Shown in pieces: positions 19,910 to 29,180 of a DNA stretch of 64,000 nucleotides (position 1 is the first letter of the stretch; each line of letters starts with the position of its first letter). The notes below the pieces were generated by a model. It searched no databases. It had not been told where the DNA came from and saw nothing but the letters and a program-made list of their open reading frames with translations. The position numbers and the translations under genes were made by a program. The DNA lies in NCBI GenBank assembly GCA_964404925.1, contig CAYOLW010000004.1, forward strand, positions 8,894 through 72,893, read 5' to 3'. This DNA is from an uncultured Candidatus Saccharibacteria bacterium. GTDB lineage: Bacteria; Patescibacteriota; Minisyncoccia; Phycocordibacterales; UBA9973.

Positions 19910-19935
19910 AAAACGACTCCATCGTGAAGTCGTTT
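19910..19935 (-). terminator. Rho-independent terminator downstream of pepN (minus strand)
   Basis: aaacgact / agtcgttt 8-bp stem with a T-run on the minus strand. Confidence 0.5.
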
Positions 19936-20061
19936 TGTGAGGGTTTGTAGTAAAATAGTAGGTGATATTACAAGCACTCGAAAGCGACTCCACGGGTGTG
20001 CGGAGTACGGCGACGAAGTGCGACTGCGTTAACTGTAATATCAAAACTCATGTAGAGCATG

Positions 20062-22644
20062 TTACTTCTTATTTAGGAACTTGTCAAGTGCTTTAGCATC
20101 TCTTTTTGCCCACAGCATATTGCCTTCAATTTTTTCTTTCGTCTGTTCTATGGCTCGGGCAGCACCAGGGGCAGGGTGGTTTTTAAAGAATTTATTAAAG
20201 AATTCCAAGTGTTTCTTTTCAGAAGAATTAGAAATAGCGCTTAGCATTCGGCCCAGGGTATGTCCACCTTCACCGTAGCGGGATACGAGTGTGTCCCAAT
20301 TATCACGTAGAATATTAACCCACACATCACGACCGATAGGATTAATAGCAACGTAGCTTAGTATGCCTACGGTGTCTTGCGGACGAACATTTTTAGACAA
20401 GGCAAATTCTGCGACATGTTTCAGTATTTTTTCATCCTTGAAATTTCCAAGTGAATATCCAATACGATTCTTTTCTTCGTGCAGAATTTCATTTTTATAC
20501 ATTTCAGTTAAAGTTTTGAATTCTTTTTGTCCACCATTTCCTGCAACTAACCCATAGATTACACCACGTAAATCTGGATCTATTTGTTCACCTTTTTCTA
20601 TGTTCTTAAATAAAAATTGAGCTTGTTTAATTATCTGTTTGTCGCCAGAGGAACCAAGTCGGCCAATCACAAGAGGACGAAGTAGTGTATCAGTATATTT
20701 CTCTCCTGGCTTTTTCTCCCAACCAAGTTTAGTAAAGATAGGGGAGAATAGATTAATAATAAATGTATTCAGTGGTGCTTCTGTTTTTGTCTTAGCTGCC
20801 AATTGTTTTAGTCTGCCAAGGCCGGTAGCTATCTCGGACCACACAACATAGCTGTCTTCGTTTTTATATGCATCAAGGAATTCTAGGGCATAATTAGTAG
20901 GGATCATTCCTGCTTCAGATGAGGCAAACAGGTCTCGAATTATACCCAATCTGTCTGGTTCACTGAGTGTTTTCTCTGTAACTGGATTTCGAAGTAGGGT
21001 TAAAAGCTCGTGTGAGTATACAGTACGATGGAAACTAGTTTCCATTAGGTTTACCTTGATTGGTTCATTCATTCCGCTGCACAGCGCTGCAGTTTCTTTT
21101 TTCTTTGTGAGTAAAAATTTACTTTCGTTTGCTGAAATAGGTATCTGCCATACTGTATTGTCTTTTGATTTTAATTTTGCCTCGCCCACAAGGCTACGGA
21201 CGCGGGAATTTGGATTAGCAAAAAATCTACTTTGTGTAAAAGATAGCTCGCCCTTGTTTTGGGTTACTTCAACTACTGGATAGCCACTTTGGCTGGTCCA
21301 GTTATGCATAATTTTTTCGACAGGTTGTTTAGACACTTTTTCAAAAGCTTCCCAAAGGTGAACAGTCGAAGTATTCTTGTAGCTATGTTTTTTGAGATAG
21401 TAGCGTAATCCATCTCTGAATTTCACAGGGCCCAAATAGTCTGCGAGCATGCGGATAACTGAGGCACCCTTAGAGTAAGATACTGCATCGAATATCTCAC
21501 CAATTTCGTCTGGGTGATGAACTGCGACCTCAATAGGATGAGTGCTAGCTAGTCCATCAAGCCTCATGGCGATGTTGGTTGTTTCGGTGGTAAATCGTGT
21601 CCATACGTCCCACTCTGGGAAAAGTTCATGAAGTACAACGTACGGAATATAAGAAGCAAAACCTTCATTGAGCCACAAGTGCGTCCACCACTCCATGGTT
21701 ACTAAATTACCAAACCACTGGTGCGCTAATTCATGGGCAATAACTTCAGCAATTAATTCTTTTGATGCAGTGGATGTTTTACCTTCATCAACGAGAAGTC
21801 CTATCTCGCGGAATGTGATCGCACCCCAGTTCTCCATGGCTAGAGATGTAAAGTCTGGTATTGCTATCATGTCTAGCGTATTGAGTGGGTATTTAATATT
21901 GAAATAATCTTCGTAAAAGTCTAATACTCGTACGGTTGTATCAAGGGCAAATTCGGACTGATGCTTTTTGCCGGGTGTAGTGTACACGCGCACTAGGACA
22001 CCATTTTTCGATTTTCTCTCTAAGTATTCAAACTCACCAACAAGGAACGCCAACAAGTAAGTAGACATTTTCGGCGTTGGAGCGAAGCGCACAACTTCAA
22101 ACCCGGATTCATGAGGCGTTCGTTCAACGGGTAGGGTATTTGAAATGGCAGTTTTACCTTTTGGTATTACCAAAGACACGTTAAATACAGCCTTCTGGGC
22201 TGGTTCGTCAAAACATGGGAAAGCGCGTCTTGCATCGGTAGCTTCAAATTGAGTAGTTGCAAGGTGGTTGACCTTGCCTTCGTAAACATAAGAACTCTTG
22301 TAGAAGCCTCTCATTTTGTCATTTAGTATTCCTCGGAACACTAAACCCAGAGTATTCTTACCAGATTTTATTTTTGTTGGAAAAGTAAATGTAGCAGTTT
22401 CGTTTTTTTCATTATAAGAAATTTCTGCAAAAATTTTCTTTGTTTTTGAGATAGCTATGTGGGCAGTCTCAATATCGATATCTTTTGAATGGAGGGTTAT
22501 TTGGTTTGTGGGTTTAGTTGACTTAAAAGTGATATTTTCTACTCCACTGAAAGTGAAATTCTCTAAATCTGGGTGCAATTTTATATCATACGTAATAGGG
22601 GTTATCCAATCTGGAAGCCTGACTTCATTTTTTGTTTTTTTCAT
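20062..22644 (-). CDS. pepN: Aminopeptidase N (M1 gluzincin)
   Basis: GAMEN-type region, HELAHQWFGNLVTMEWWTHLWLNEGFA (HExxH plus E), 860 aa. Confidence 0.92.
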   Translation of the reverse strand: MKKTKNEVRLPDWITPITYDIKLHPDLENFTFSGVENITFKSTKPTNQITLHSKDIDIETAHIAISKTKKIFAEISYNEKNETATFTFPTKIKSGKNTLGLVFRGILNDKMRGFYKSSYVYEGKVNHLATTQFEATDARRAFPCFDEPAQKAVFNVSLVIPKGKTAISNTLPVERTPHESGFEVVRFAPTPKMSTYLLAFLVGEFEYLERKSKNGVLVRVYTTPGKKHQSEFALDTTVRVLDFYEDYFNIKYPLNTLDMIAIPDFTSLAMENWGAITFREIGLLVDEGKTSTASKELIAEVIAHELAHQWFGNLVTMEWWTHLWLNEGFASYIPYVVLHELFPEWDVWTRFTTETTNIAMRLDGLASTHPIEVAVHHPDEIGEIFDAVSYSKGASVIRMLADYLGPVKFRDGLRYYLKKHSYKNTSTVHLWEAFEKVSKQPVEKIMHNWTSQSGYPVVEVTQNKGELSFTQSRFFANPNSRVRSLVGEAKLKSKDNTVWQIPISANESKFLLTKKKETAALCSGMNEPIKVNLMETSFHRTVYSHELLTLLRNPVTEKTLSEPDRLGIIRDLFASSEAGMIPTNYALEFLDAYKNEDSYVVWSEIATGLGRLKQLAAKTKTEAPLNTFIINLFSPIFTKLGWEKKPGEKYTDTLLRPLVIGRLGSSGDKQIIKQAQFLFKNIEKGEQIDPDLRGVIYGLVAGNGGQKEFKTLTEMYKNEILHEEKNRIGYSLGNFKDEKILKHVAEFALSKNVRPQDTVGILSYVAINPIGRDVWVNILRDNWDTLVSRYGEGGHTLGRMLSAISNSSEKKHLEFFNKFFKNHPAPGAARAIEQTKEKIEGNMLWAKRDAKALDKFLNKK

Positions 22645-22729
22645 CCGTGCTTTTATTTTAAATAATAATATTACGTGATTATAGCATGTTTTAATGCATG
22701 GTAACTAAAAAAATGCTAGCATATCCTCT

Positions 22730-23488
22730 ATGGAACAGGATAATAATAAGTCCATTTACACGATTAAAACTTCGAATTTTGAAGGACCTTTTGGTTTGCT
22801 ACTCTCATTGGTTGAAGACAGAAAGTTATTTATTAATGACCTTTCTTTGGCAGAAGTGACTGAGGATTATGTAAATTACATAAACAGCCTGCCTAAAGAA
22901 GACAAAGAAGAAATAGCTAGCTTTATTCTAGTAGCAGCTACCCTGATACTCATAAAGTCTAAATCCTTGTTGCCAAATTTGTCATTGTCCGCCGAAGAAG
23001 AATCAGATATAGCAAATCTAGAAAACAGATTAAAACTATTTGAACTGTACAGTAATTTATCGGCTCACGTAAAGTCTAATTTTGGGAAGAAAATAATTTT
23101 TCCAGCTGAAGATAGAAATACTGAGATTAAAATTTTTCTACCAGATAGTCAGATAACCAAAGAAAGCATGTTGGGCACAGCGATGTCTTTGCTTAATAAA
23201 ATTCCTAGCAAAGCCCAATTACCTGAAGTTGAAATTAAAAAGGTAATAAGTATCGAAGAAATGATTGATAGGTTAGCTGATCGGATTGAATCTACCCTAA
23301 AACTTAATTTTAAAGAATTTGCCGGAGGTGCTAAAACCAAAGACGAGAAGGTCTATGTAATTGTAAGCTTCTTGGCGATGTTGGAATTAATTAGGACGGG
23401 TATATTAGAAGCCGTGCAAGAAAACAACTTTTCAGATATTATTGTTGAGAAGCAAATAAATCAAAACTATGAACACATTAGCGAATAA
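22730..23488 (+). CDS. scpA: Segregation and condensation protein A
   Basis: FEGPFGLLLSLVEDRKLFINDLSLAEVTEDYVNYI, a ScpA N-terminal kleisin block. Confidence 0.8.
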   Translation: MEQDNNKSIYTIKTSNFEGPFGLLLSLVEDRKLFINDLSLAEVTEDYVNYINSLPKEDKEEIASFILVAATLILIKSKSLLPNLSLSAEEESDIANLENRLKLFELYSNLSAHVKSNFGKKIIFPAEDRNTEIKIFLPDSQITKESMLGTAMSLLNKIPSKAQLPEVEIKKVISIEEMIDRLADRIESTLKLNFKEFAGGAKTKDEKVYVIVSFLAMLELIRTGILEAVQENNFSDIIVEKQINQNYEHISE

Positions 23489-24020
23489 AATTGAAGCGAT
23501 ACTTTTCTTTAAAGGAGAATCTTTGTCTTTAAAGAAAATTTCCGAAATCTGCCAAGCAGATATAGATGAAGTTAAATTAGCGTTAGCTGAACTCGAGAAC
23601 AAACTCACTGGAGGCATTGTTCTGCTTGTAAAAGATGATGAATATACATTGGGTACTGCACCAGATTTTGCTCAGATGATTGAAGATTTGCAGAAAGAAG
23701 AATTGAACAAGACTCTTACTAAATCAAGTCTCGAAACTCTGTCTATTATTCTATACAAAAATGGTGCTAGTCGAGCAGAAATAGACTATATTCGTGGAGT
23801 TAATTCAAGTTTTACTTTACGAGCTTTGTCTGTGCGTGGTTTAGTAGAGAAGATTCCAGATCCTAGTGATGCCAGGAAATATGTTTATAAACCAACCTTT
23901 GAACTCCTTTCCTATATGGGGGTAACTAAGGTAGAATATTTGCCAGAGTATGGTGATGTAGAACAAAAGATGAATCAAATTAAAGAGCCTGTAACTGAAA
24001 AAGAGGAAAATGCCGACTAG
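23469..24020 (+). CDS. scpB: Segregation and condensation protein B
   Basis: IEAILFFKGESLSLKKISEI winged-helix block. Overlaps the scpA end, the usual scpAB arrangement. Confidence 0.8.
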   Translation: MNTLANKIEAILFFKGESLSLKKISEICQADIDEVKLALAELENKLTGGIVLLVKDDEYTLGTAPDFAQMIEDLQKEELNKTLTKSSLETLSIILYKNGASRAEIDYIRGVNSSFTLRALSVRGLVEKIPDPSDARKYVYKPTFELLSYMGVTKVEYLPEYGDVEQKMNQIKEPVTEKEENAD

Positions 24021-24894
24021 GAGAGAAAGACTCGCTATTTTTATATTGGTACTATTCTCAATTTTTGGAGCACTTATTTGGCATTCCTACAAATTAGAAC
24101 AAAAAGCTCAAGAGAAAAAAGAAGCTGAGTTGCAAAAATATCTGACAGACGTAGAGAAAGGTTTAGGGGACTTAGACATAGAAGCAAAATCTGTTTCAGT
24201 TTATAACTTCACACTAAACAGAAAAATATTTGCTAAAAATGATACAGCAATACTTCCTTTAGCTTCAATAACTAAATTAGTTTCTGTGCCTCTTTCTATT
24301 AAAATAGATAATTCTCCTGTCAGAATATCACAAAATGCAATCAGAACACCTCAAGATGATAAATTAATACCAGGGGATATTTGGGAAAAGAAAGATTTAG
24401 GCAAGCTTGCTTTAGTTGTATCATCGAATGATGCCACTATGGCTTTAAGTGAAAATATTCCTTTTTTTGTTCAATTAATGAACAAGCGTGCGCAGTACTT
24501 GCGTGCTAAAAATACAACTTTTTATAATCCCACGGGGCTCGATATCGATGAACAGCATGCTGGAGCCTTAGGTACAGCCGAAGATGTGAATTGGCTTGCG
24601 TATTTTGCATTACACATGGAACCTGAAATTATAAAAGCTACAACTTACCCTAGACTGCTGGTTGATTCAAAAGGTGGTCATACTTACGATGTTTCAAACA
24701 CAAATACAGTAATACGCGAACTGCCTCCATTACTTTTATCAAAAACGGGCTACACCAATATAGCTGGAGGTAATTTAGTGGTAATGTTTAAAGATGGTAA
24801 TTACAATGAAATCGCAGTAACTATACTTGGCTCATCGTATAACGGCAGGTTTACCGACATGGTAAAAATAGTTAATTTCTTGTACAATTATTAG
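24010..24894 (+). CDS. D-alanyl-D-alanine carboxypeptidase (serine-type, PBP5/S11-like), membrane-anchored
   Basis: SITK (SxxK), SSND (SxN), KTGYT (KTG) active-site triad, and an N-terminal TM. Confidence 0.78.
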   Translation: MPTRRERLAIFILVLFSIFGALIWHSYKLEQKAQEKKEAELQKYLTDVEKGLGDLDIEAKSVSVYNFTLNRKIFAKNDTAILPLASITKLVSVPLSIKIDNSPVRISQNAIRTPQDDKLIPGDIWEKKDLGKLALVVSSNDATMALSENIPFFVQLMNKRAQYLRAKNTTFYNPTGLDIDEQHAGALGTAEDVNWLAYFALHMEPEIIKATTYPRLLVDSKGGHTYDVSNTNTVIRELPPLLLSKTGYTNIAGGNLVVMFKDGNYNEIAVTILGSSYNGRFTDMVKIVNFLYNY

Positions 24895-24895
24895 C

Positions 24896-25783
24896 ATGAG
24901 ATTTAAACTGTTTGCACTATTGTTCTTAATTTTATCTTGTCTGTTTTTTTCTTTTACATATGCGGCTTCCGAGAACACTGGTTTCGTAGATTCAAGTATT
25001 TGGTATTCAAAAGATAATTTTGTTGAAGGTGAAAAGATTAAAATCTACACTTTTGTATTTAACCCTAATGCTAATACATTAAAAGGAAGCGTTAGTTTTT
25101 ATGACGAAGCCACCTTGTTAGGTAAAAAAGATTTTAGTATATCGGGTACTGAAGGTAAGGCTATTTCTATTGATTGGAATGCTACGGTTGGCTCACACCG
25201 TATTTTTGCTCGAATCGAAAATGCCAAACTTGAAACTACACCTGGTAAATACGAAGAAATTGATTTAAATAATAAAGAAACTGAAAAAGATACAAAAGTA
25301 GTCGCAAAAAAATTACCTGATGTTAGTAGTATAAAAAACAAAATTAACGAGGCAATTGATTCAAGTACAGAACCTCTTTTGACAGTAGGGAATAATATAG
25401 TAGAAAAAACCCCAGAATCTATTACTAACCCTATTGCAAAAGTAATAAATTCAATTGAATCAACTCGGGTTTCAGTGAGTAACACGATTGAAGCAGAGAA
25501 GACAAAAGTAGAATCTGAAATAGATAAACTAACAAAAGTAAAACCGGCAATATCTGATAAATCAAATGAAGATCAAGACGCAAAAGAAATAGAAGATTTA
25601 GAAAAAATAAAAAATAATCAAAACGAGCAGGGTGTTTCTAATATGGAAAAACCGTTCAAATACGTAAAATTATTTCTCCTCACTATTTTAAGTTTTATCC
25701 TCCTAAACCCAGCATTACTTTATTTGATTGTATTAGTTCTAGTTTTTTTATTCTTACGTTTTATCTATAAAAGACTTTTTTAG
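24896..25783 (+). CDS. Secreted/membrane-anchored hypothetical protein (signal peptide, Ig-like N-domain, coiled region, C-terminal TM)
   Basis: N-terminal signal MRFKLFALLFLILSCLFFSFTYAAS, C-terminal hydrophobic anchor. No recognisable catalytic motifs. Confidence 0.5.
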   Translation: MRFKLFALLFLILSCLFFSFTYAASENTGFVDSSIWYSKDNFVEGEKIKIYTFVFNPNANTLKGSVSFYDEATLLGKKDFSISGTEGKAISIDWNATVGSHRIFARIENAKLETTPGKYEEIDLNNKETEKDTKVVAKKLPDVSSIKNKINEAIDSSTEPLLTVGNNIVEKTPESITNPIAKVINSIESTRVSVSNTIEAEKTKVESEIDKLTKVKPAISDKSNEDQDAKEIEDLEKIKNNQNEQGVSNMEKPFKYVKLFLLTILSFILLNPALLYLIVLVLVFLFLRFIYKRLF

Positions 25784-25824
25784 ACCTGTTTCTTTTTGTT
25801 CATAAATCTTGTAACATACAGTTA

Positions 25825-26100
25825 ATGTTCCCAAGAATATGTACAACCATTTTGCTGTGTCTTGTGTTGTTTTCCGGTCCATTTTGGCTTTTGTACCTAG
25901 GGGTATTGGCTGGTATTTTGTTTTTCTCAAACTACTGGGAAGGACTTGTCTTGTTATTATTTTGTGACCTTTTATTCGGTATTCCACTAGAACATTTCGA
26001 AGGTTTCCGTTTTGTATTTTTTATGCTGGGTTTAATTACACTATCAATTGCGGAAATTTTGAAAAAGAGAACTAGATTTAATGATAATTATGCGAAATAG
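25825..26100 (+). CDS. Small integral membrane protein (91 aa). Its position before pbp2 is MreD-like, but I see no sequence support.
   Basis: Three hydrophobic segments, and it overlaps the pbp2 start. Confidence 0.4.
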   Translation: MFPRICTTILLCLVLFSGPFWLLYLGVLAGILFFSNYWEGLVLLLFCDLLFGIPLEHFEGFRFVFFMLGLITLSIAEILKKRTRFNDNYAK

Positions 26101-27781
26101 AAGAAAAATTAAATTATCCCAATTCGATCCTGATGAAATTTTCCTTGATTCAAAAAACTTGGCGAATTTTAACCAACAGCAGTTCGAGGGTCGAATCGAA
26201 AAGCCCATTACCCGAGGGTCTATATTTACAGTTGGTATTTTCTTTACTTTTTTTGTCTTAATTTTTTTAGGACAATTAATTAGGTTACAAATAGTACAAG
26301 GGGAGAGTTATTTTAAAAGGAGTGAAAACAATACTCTTGATAAAACAATAATTTTCGCTGAGAGGGGAATTATCTACGATAGAAATAAGCAAGAATTAGC
26401 TTGGAACAAGAAACTTGATCCAAAGCAAACCAATGACAGTCCTTTCCCTGAGAGGGTGTATAAGGTGCCCGGTTTTTCCCATGTACTAGGATATTTGAGC
26501 ACACCAGCCAAAGACGAAAAAGGTATATATTGGCAAACTGATTATACCGGTAAAGACGGCATAGAGAAGGTTTACGACAAAAGACTCCAAGGAGAGAACG
26601 GGTCTAAAATAATTGAAGTTGATGCTCGTAATAAGGTTTATTCTGAAAACATTGTGAATACTCCAAAACGTGGCGCAGATCTAATAACAACCTTAGACAG
26701 CCGGCTTCAAGGAGAATTGTATACCTTAATAAAAAGTCACTCCGAACAACATAATTTTACAGGTGGTGCGGGTGTAATTATGGATATTGAAAATGGAGAA
26801 GTACTGGTATCAACTAGCTTCCCTGAATATGATTCTCAAGTATTAACAGATGGTAAAGATAAAGAAAAAATAAAAGGTTACTTAACAGACAAGCGCAAGG
26901 TTTTTCTAGATCGTACAATTTCCGGACTTTACACTCCAGGGTCTATAGTTAAACCCTTTTTTGCTTTTGGAGCATTAGCTGAAGGCATTATCGACCCTTA
27001 TAAAGAAATATTATCCACTGGATCGATATCCATACCTAATCCATATGTTAAAGGACAGGATTCTGTTTTTAAAGACTGGAAAGTAAACGGATGGACAGAT
27101 ATGTCAGAAGCAATTGCTGTGTCCTCTGATGTGTATTTTTACGCTATAGGTGGTGGATACCAAGATCAAAAAGGACTCGGTATTGCTCGATTAGAGAAGT
27201 ACGCCAGGTTGTTTAAAATTGGGGAGCCTACCGGGATTGATATACCAGATGAAAAAAAAGGTAATATACCTAGTATTGAATGGAAGGCCAAGGTTTTCCC
27301 AGGAGACCCATGGAGAATAGGTAACACATACCATACTTCAATCGGTCAGTATGGATTCCAAGTTACACCGGTTGAAATGGTGCGAGCTACAGCTGCGTTG
27401 GCTAACCGAGGGTTGGTAGTAACGCCGCATTTCCTTTTAGGTGAGGATAAAGAAATTATTGATATAAATAACGAACAAATAAAACCCGAATATTATGACC
27501 GGGTATTAGAGGGAATGCGTGAAGCAGTCACTATTGGTACAGCAGCTTCAATGAATGTGCCTTTTGTCTCAGTGGCTGCGAAAACTGGTACTGCTCAAGT
27601 GGGTATAAGTAAAAGTAAAGTAAATTCTTGGGTTATTGGATTTTTCCCTTACGAAAAGCCAAAATACGCCTTTACTATAATGATGGAATCTGGCCCAGCC
27701 GTTGGTACAGTGGGTGCTGCGCCAATTATGAAGCAGCTACTTGATTGGATGTCTATCTACACCCCTGAGTATTTTAAGTAG
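26081..27781 (+). CDS. mrdA: Penicillin-binding protein 2 (elongasome transpeptidase)
   Basis: N-terminal TM, SIVKP (SxxK), SSD (SxN), KTGTA (KTG), 566 aa. Confidence 0.88.
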   Translation: MIIMRNRRKIKLSQFDPDEIFLDSKNLANFNQQQFEGRIEKPITRGSIFTVGIFFTFFVLIFLGQLIRLQIVQGESYFKRSENNTLDKTIIFAERGIIYDRNKQELAWNKKLDPKQTNDSPFPERVYKVPGFSHVLGYLSTPAKDEKGIYWQTDYTGKDGIEKVYDKRLQGENGSKIIEVDARNKVYSENIVNTPKRGADLITTLDSRLQGELYTLIKSHSEQHNFTGGAGVIMDIENGEVLVSTSFPEYDSQVLTDGKDKEKIKGYLTDKRKVFLDRTISGLYTPGSIVKPFFAFGALAEGIIDPYKEILSTGSISIPNPYVKGQDSVFKDWKVNGWTDMSEAIAVSSDVYFYAIGGGYQDQKGLGIARLEKYARLFKIGEPTGIDIPDEKKGNIPSIEWKAKVFPGDPWRIGNTYHTSIGQYGFQVTPVEMVRATAALANRGLVVTPHFLLGEDKEIIDINNEQIKPEYYDRVLEGMREAVTIGTAASMNVPFVSVAAKTGTAQVGISKSKVNSWVIGFFPYEKPKYAFTIMMESGPAVGTVGAAPIMKQLLDWMSIYTPEYFK

Positions 27782-27784
27782 GGC

Positions 27785-27813
27785 TTTACAAATATAAATA
27801 TATAGTGTATAAT
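27785..27813 (+). promoter_or_regulatory. Sigma-70-like promoter (TTTACA, 17-bp spacer, TATAAT) for the CAP-domain gene
   Basis: ctttacaaatataaatatatagtgtataat sits 13 bp upstream of ATG 27827. Confidence 0.5.
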
Positions 27814-27826
27814 ATAGGAAGCAAAA

Positions 27827-28849
27827 ATGAAGGACTTTTTGAACAAATTTAGAAATCATTTCATACCTCATAAAGATAATAACTATGAGCCGCACTTGAT
27901 GCGTAAGCGTACTGTACGACTTATTGCAAGTGTTTTAATAATCTTTGAATTAGTTTTTATCATTGAAACTCTGGTTATCTTCGACAAGACTCAGTTTTTG
28001 GCTGCAGTATTGCCAGGAGTACTCACAAGCGAAACTAATAAAGAAAGAGCTTTAAACAAACTAGAGCCTCTGACAGTAAACCCGGTTTTGGTAGAAGCTG
28101 CTCAGTTGAAGGCTAATGACATGGCTTCTAGGGGGTACTTTGCCCATAACACACCTGATGGTAAGACACCTTGGTATTGGCTAGATCAGGTAGGGTACAC
28201 ATACTCCTATGCAGGAGAAAATCTAGCTGTTAACTTTACAGAATCAAGTGAAGTAACATCAGGTTGGATGAATTCACCAACCCACAGAGCTAATATAGTG
28301 AAGCCAGGCTATACCGAAGTAGGTATTGCTGTTGCCCGAGGTATTTATAAGGGCCAAGAAAGCACCTATGTTGTACAATTTTTTGGTACACCCGTAAAAA
28401 CTATTCCAACAATAAATGACATTTTGCCTAAAATTGAGAAGAAGGTTTCAGTGAGCACAACTACAAAAAAACCTGAACTAGTAAAAGCACCGGTTATTAA
28501 AGTAAAAGAACCAGTGAATACAGCCACAAAAAATGTTGTGAAAGGTGATAAAGTTGAACCAGAAAAAACCATAAAGAAAACAACAGTAGTTCTCGGAGAA
28601 GAAGTTGAAAAAATATTAGCTACACCAGGCCGCTCAGTAAACAAAGTTTACGTGACTATTGCAGGATTCTTTTCTTTGTTAGTTTTACTGGCCTTTATGT
28701 TTGGCAATACTAATGCTAGAGCAATATTAAGGAGCGTATTCTTAATAGCTGTAATTGCATCACTATTTTATATAAATCAAAAGGTTTTCCCAGTAGATAC
28801 TATTATTCCACAAGGTGGAAACAATAGTGTTTCTGCAAGCAATAGCTAA
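27827..28849 (+). CDS. CAP/SCP/PR1-like (YkwD-type) domain protein with N-terminal TM and C-terminal Lys-rich extension plus TM
   Basis: GYFAHNTPDG, GENLAVNF and GWMNSPTHRANIV CAP-domain blocks. Confidence 0.7.
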   Translation: MKDFLNKFRNHFIPHKDNNYEPHLMRKRTVRLIASVLIIFELVFIIETLVIFDKTQFLAAVLPGVLTSETNKERALNKLEPLTVNPVLVEAAQLKANDMASRGYFAHNTPDGKTPWYWLDQVGYTYSYAGENLAVNFTESSEVTSGWMNSPTHRANIVKPGYTEVGIAVARGIYKGQESTYVVQFFGTPVKTIPTINDILPKIEKKVSVSTTTKKPELVKAPVIKVKEPVNTATKNVVKGDKVEPEKTIKKTTVVLGEEVEKILATPGRSVNKVYVTIAGFFSLLVLLAFMFGNTNARAILRSVFLIAVIASLFYINQKVFPVDTIIPQGGNNSVSASNS

Positions 28850-28889
28850 AATTTGTCTTGTATTGAATAAGTTTGCTATAATACACCTC

Positions 28890-29174
28890 ATGTATAAGGC
28901 AAAGTTGTTTTTGTTTTTCGGAATCTGGGTAGCAATACTACCATATTTAGGTCTGCCAATTATGTTGAAGAACATACTTTTTTCTGTAACCGGATTATTT
29001 TTAATTTATATTGGACTAGTCATCAGATCAAAAACCCCAAAGAATTTATCTGGCAATCAATTTGATAATTTTTCTGAAAATAATTGGAATTCAAACAAGA
29101 AAAATAAAGTCACAGACAAGGTTGTCCAAGAAGTATTTATTGAGACACGAGAATTAGTTGAAGAACAACAATAA
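28890..29174 (+). CDS. Small membrane protein, hypothetical (start ambiguous between GTG 28815 and ATG 28890)
   Basis: Hydrophobic MYKAKLFLFFGIWVAILPYLGLPIML... then a polar tail. The track ORF start at 28815 overlaps the CAP gene. Confidence 0.3.
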   Translation: MYKAKLFLFFGIWVAILPYLGLPIMLKNILFSVTGLFLIYIGLVIRSKTPKNLSGNQFDNFSENNWNSNKKNKVTDKVVQEVFIETRELVEEQQ

Positions 29175-29180
29175 AAATAT

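Noticed and set aside
19936-20061. Locally GC-richer 125-bp stretch downstream of pepN, considered as a small RNA
   Set aside because: No convincing structure or conserved motif, and it is most simply the 3' UTR before the pepN terminator.
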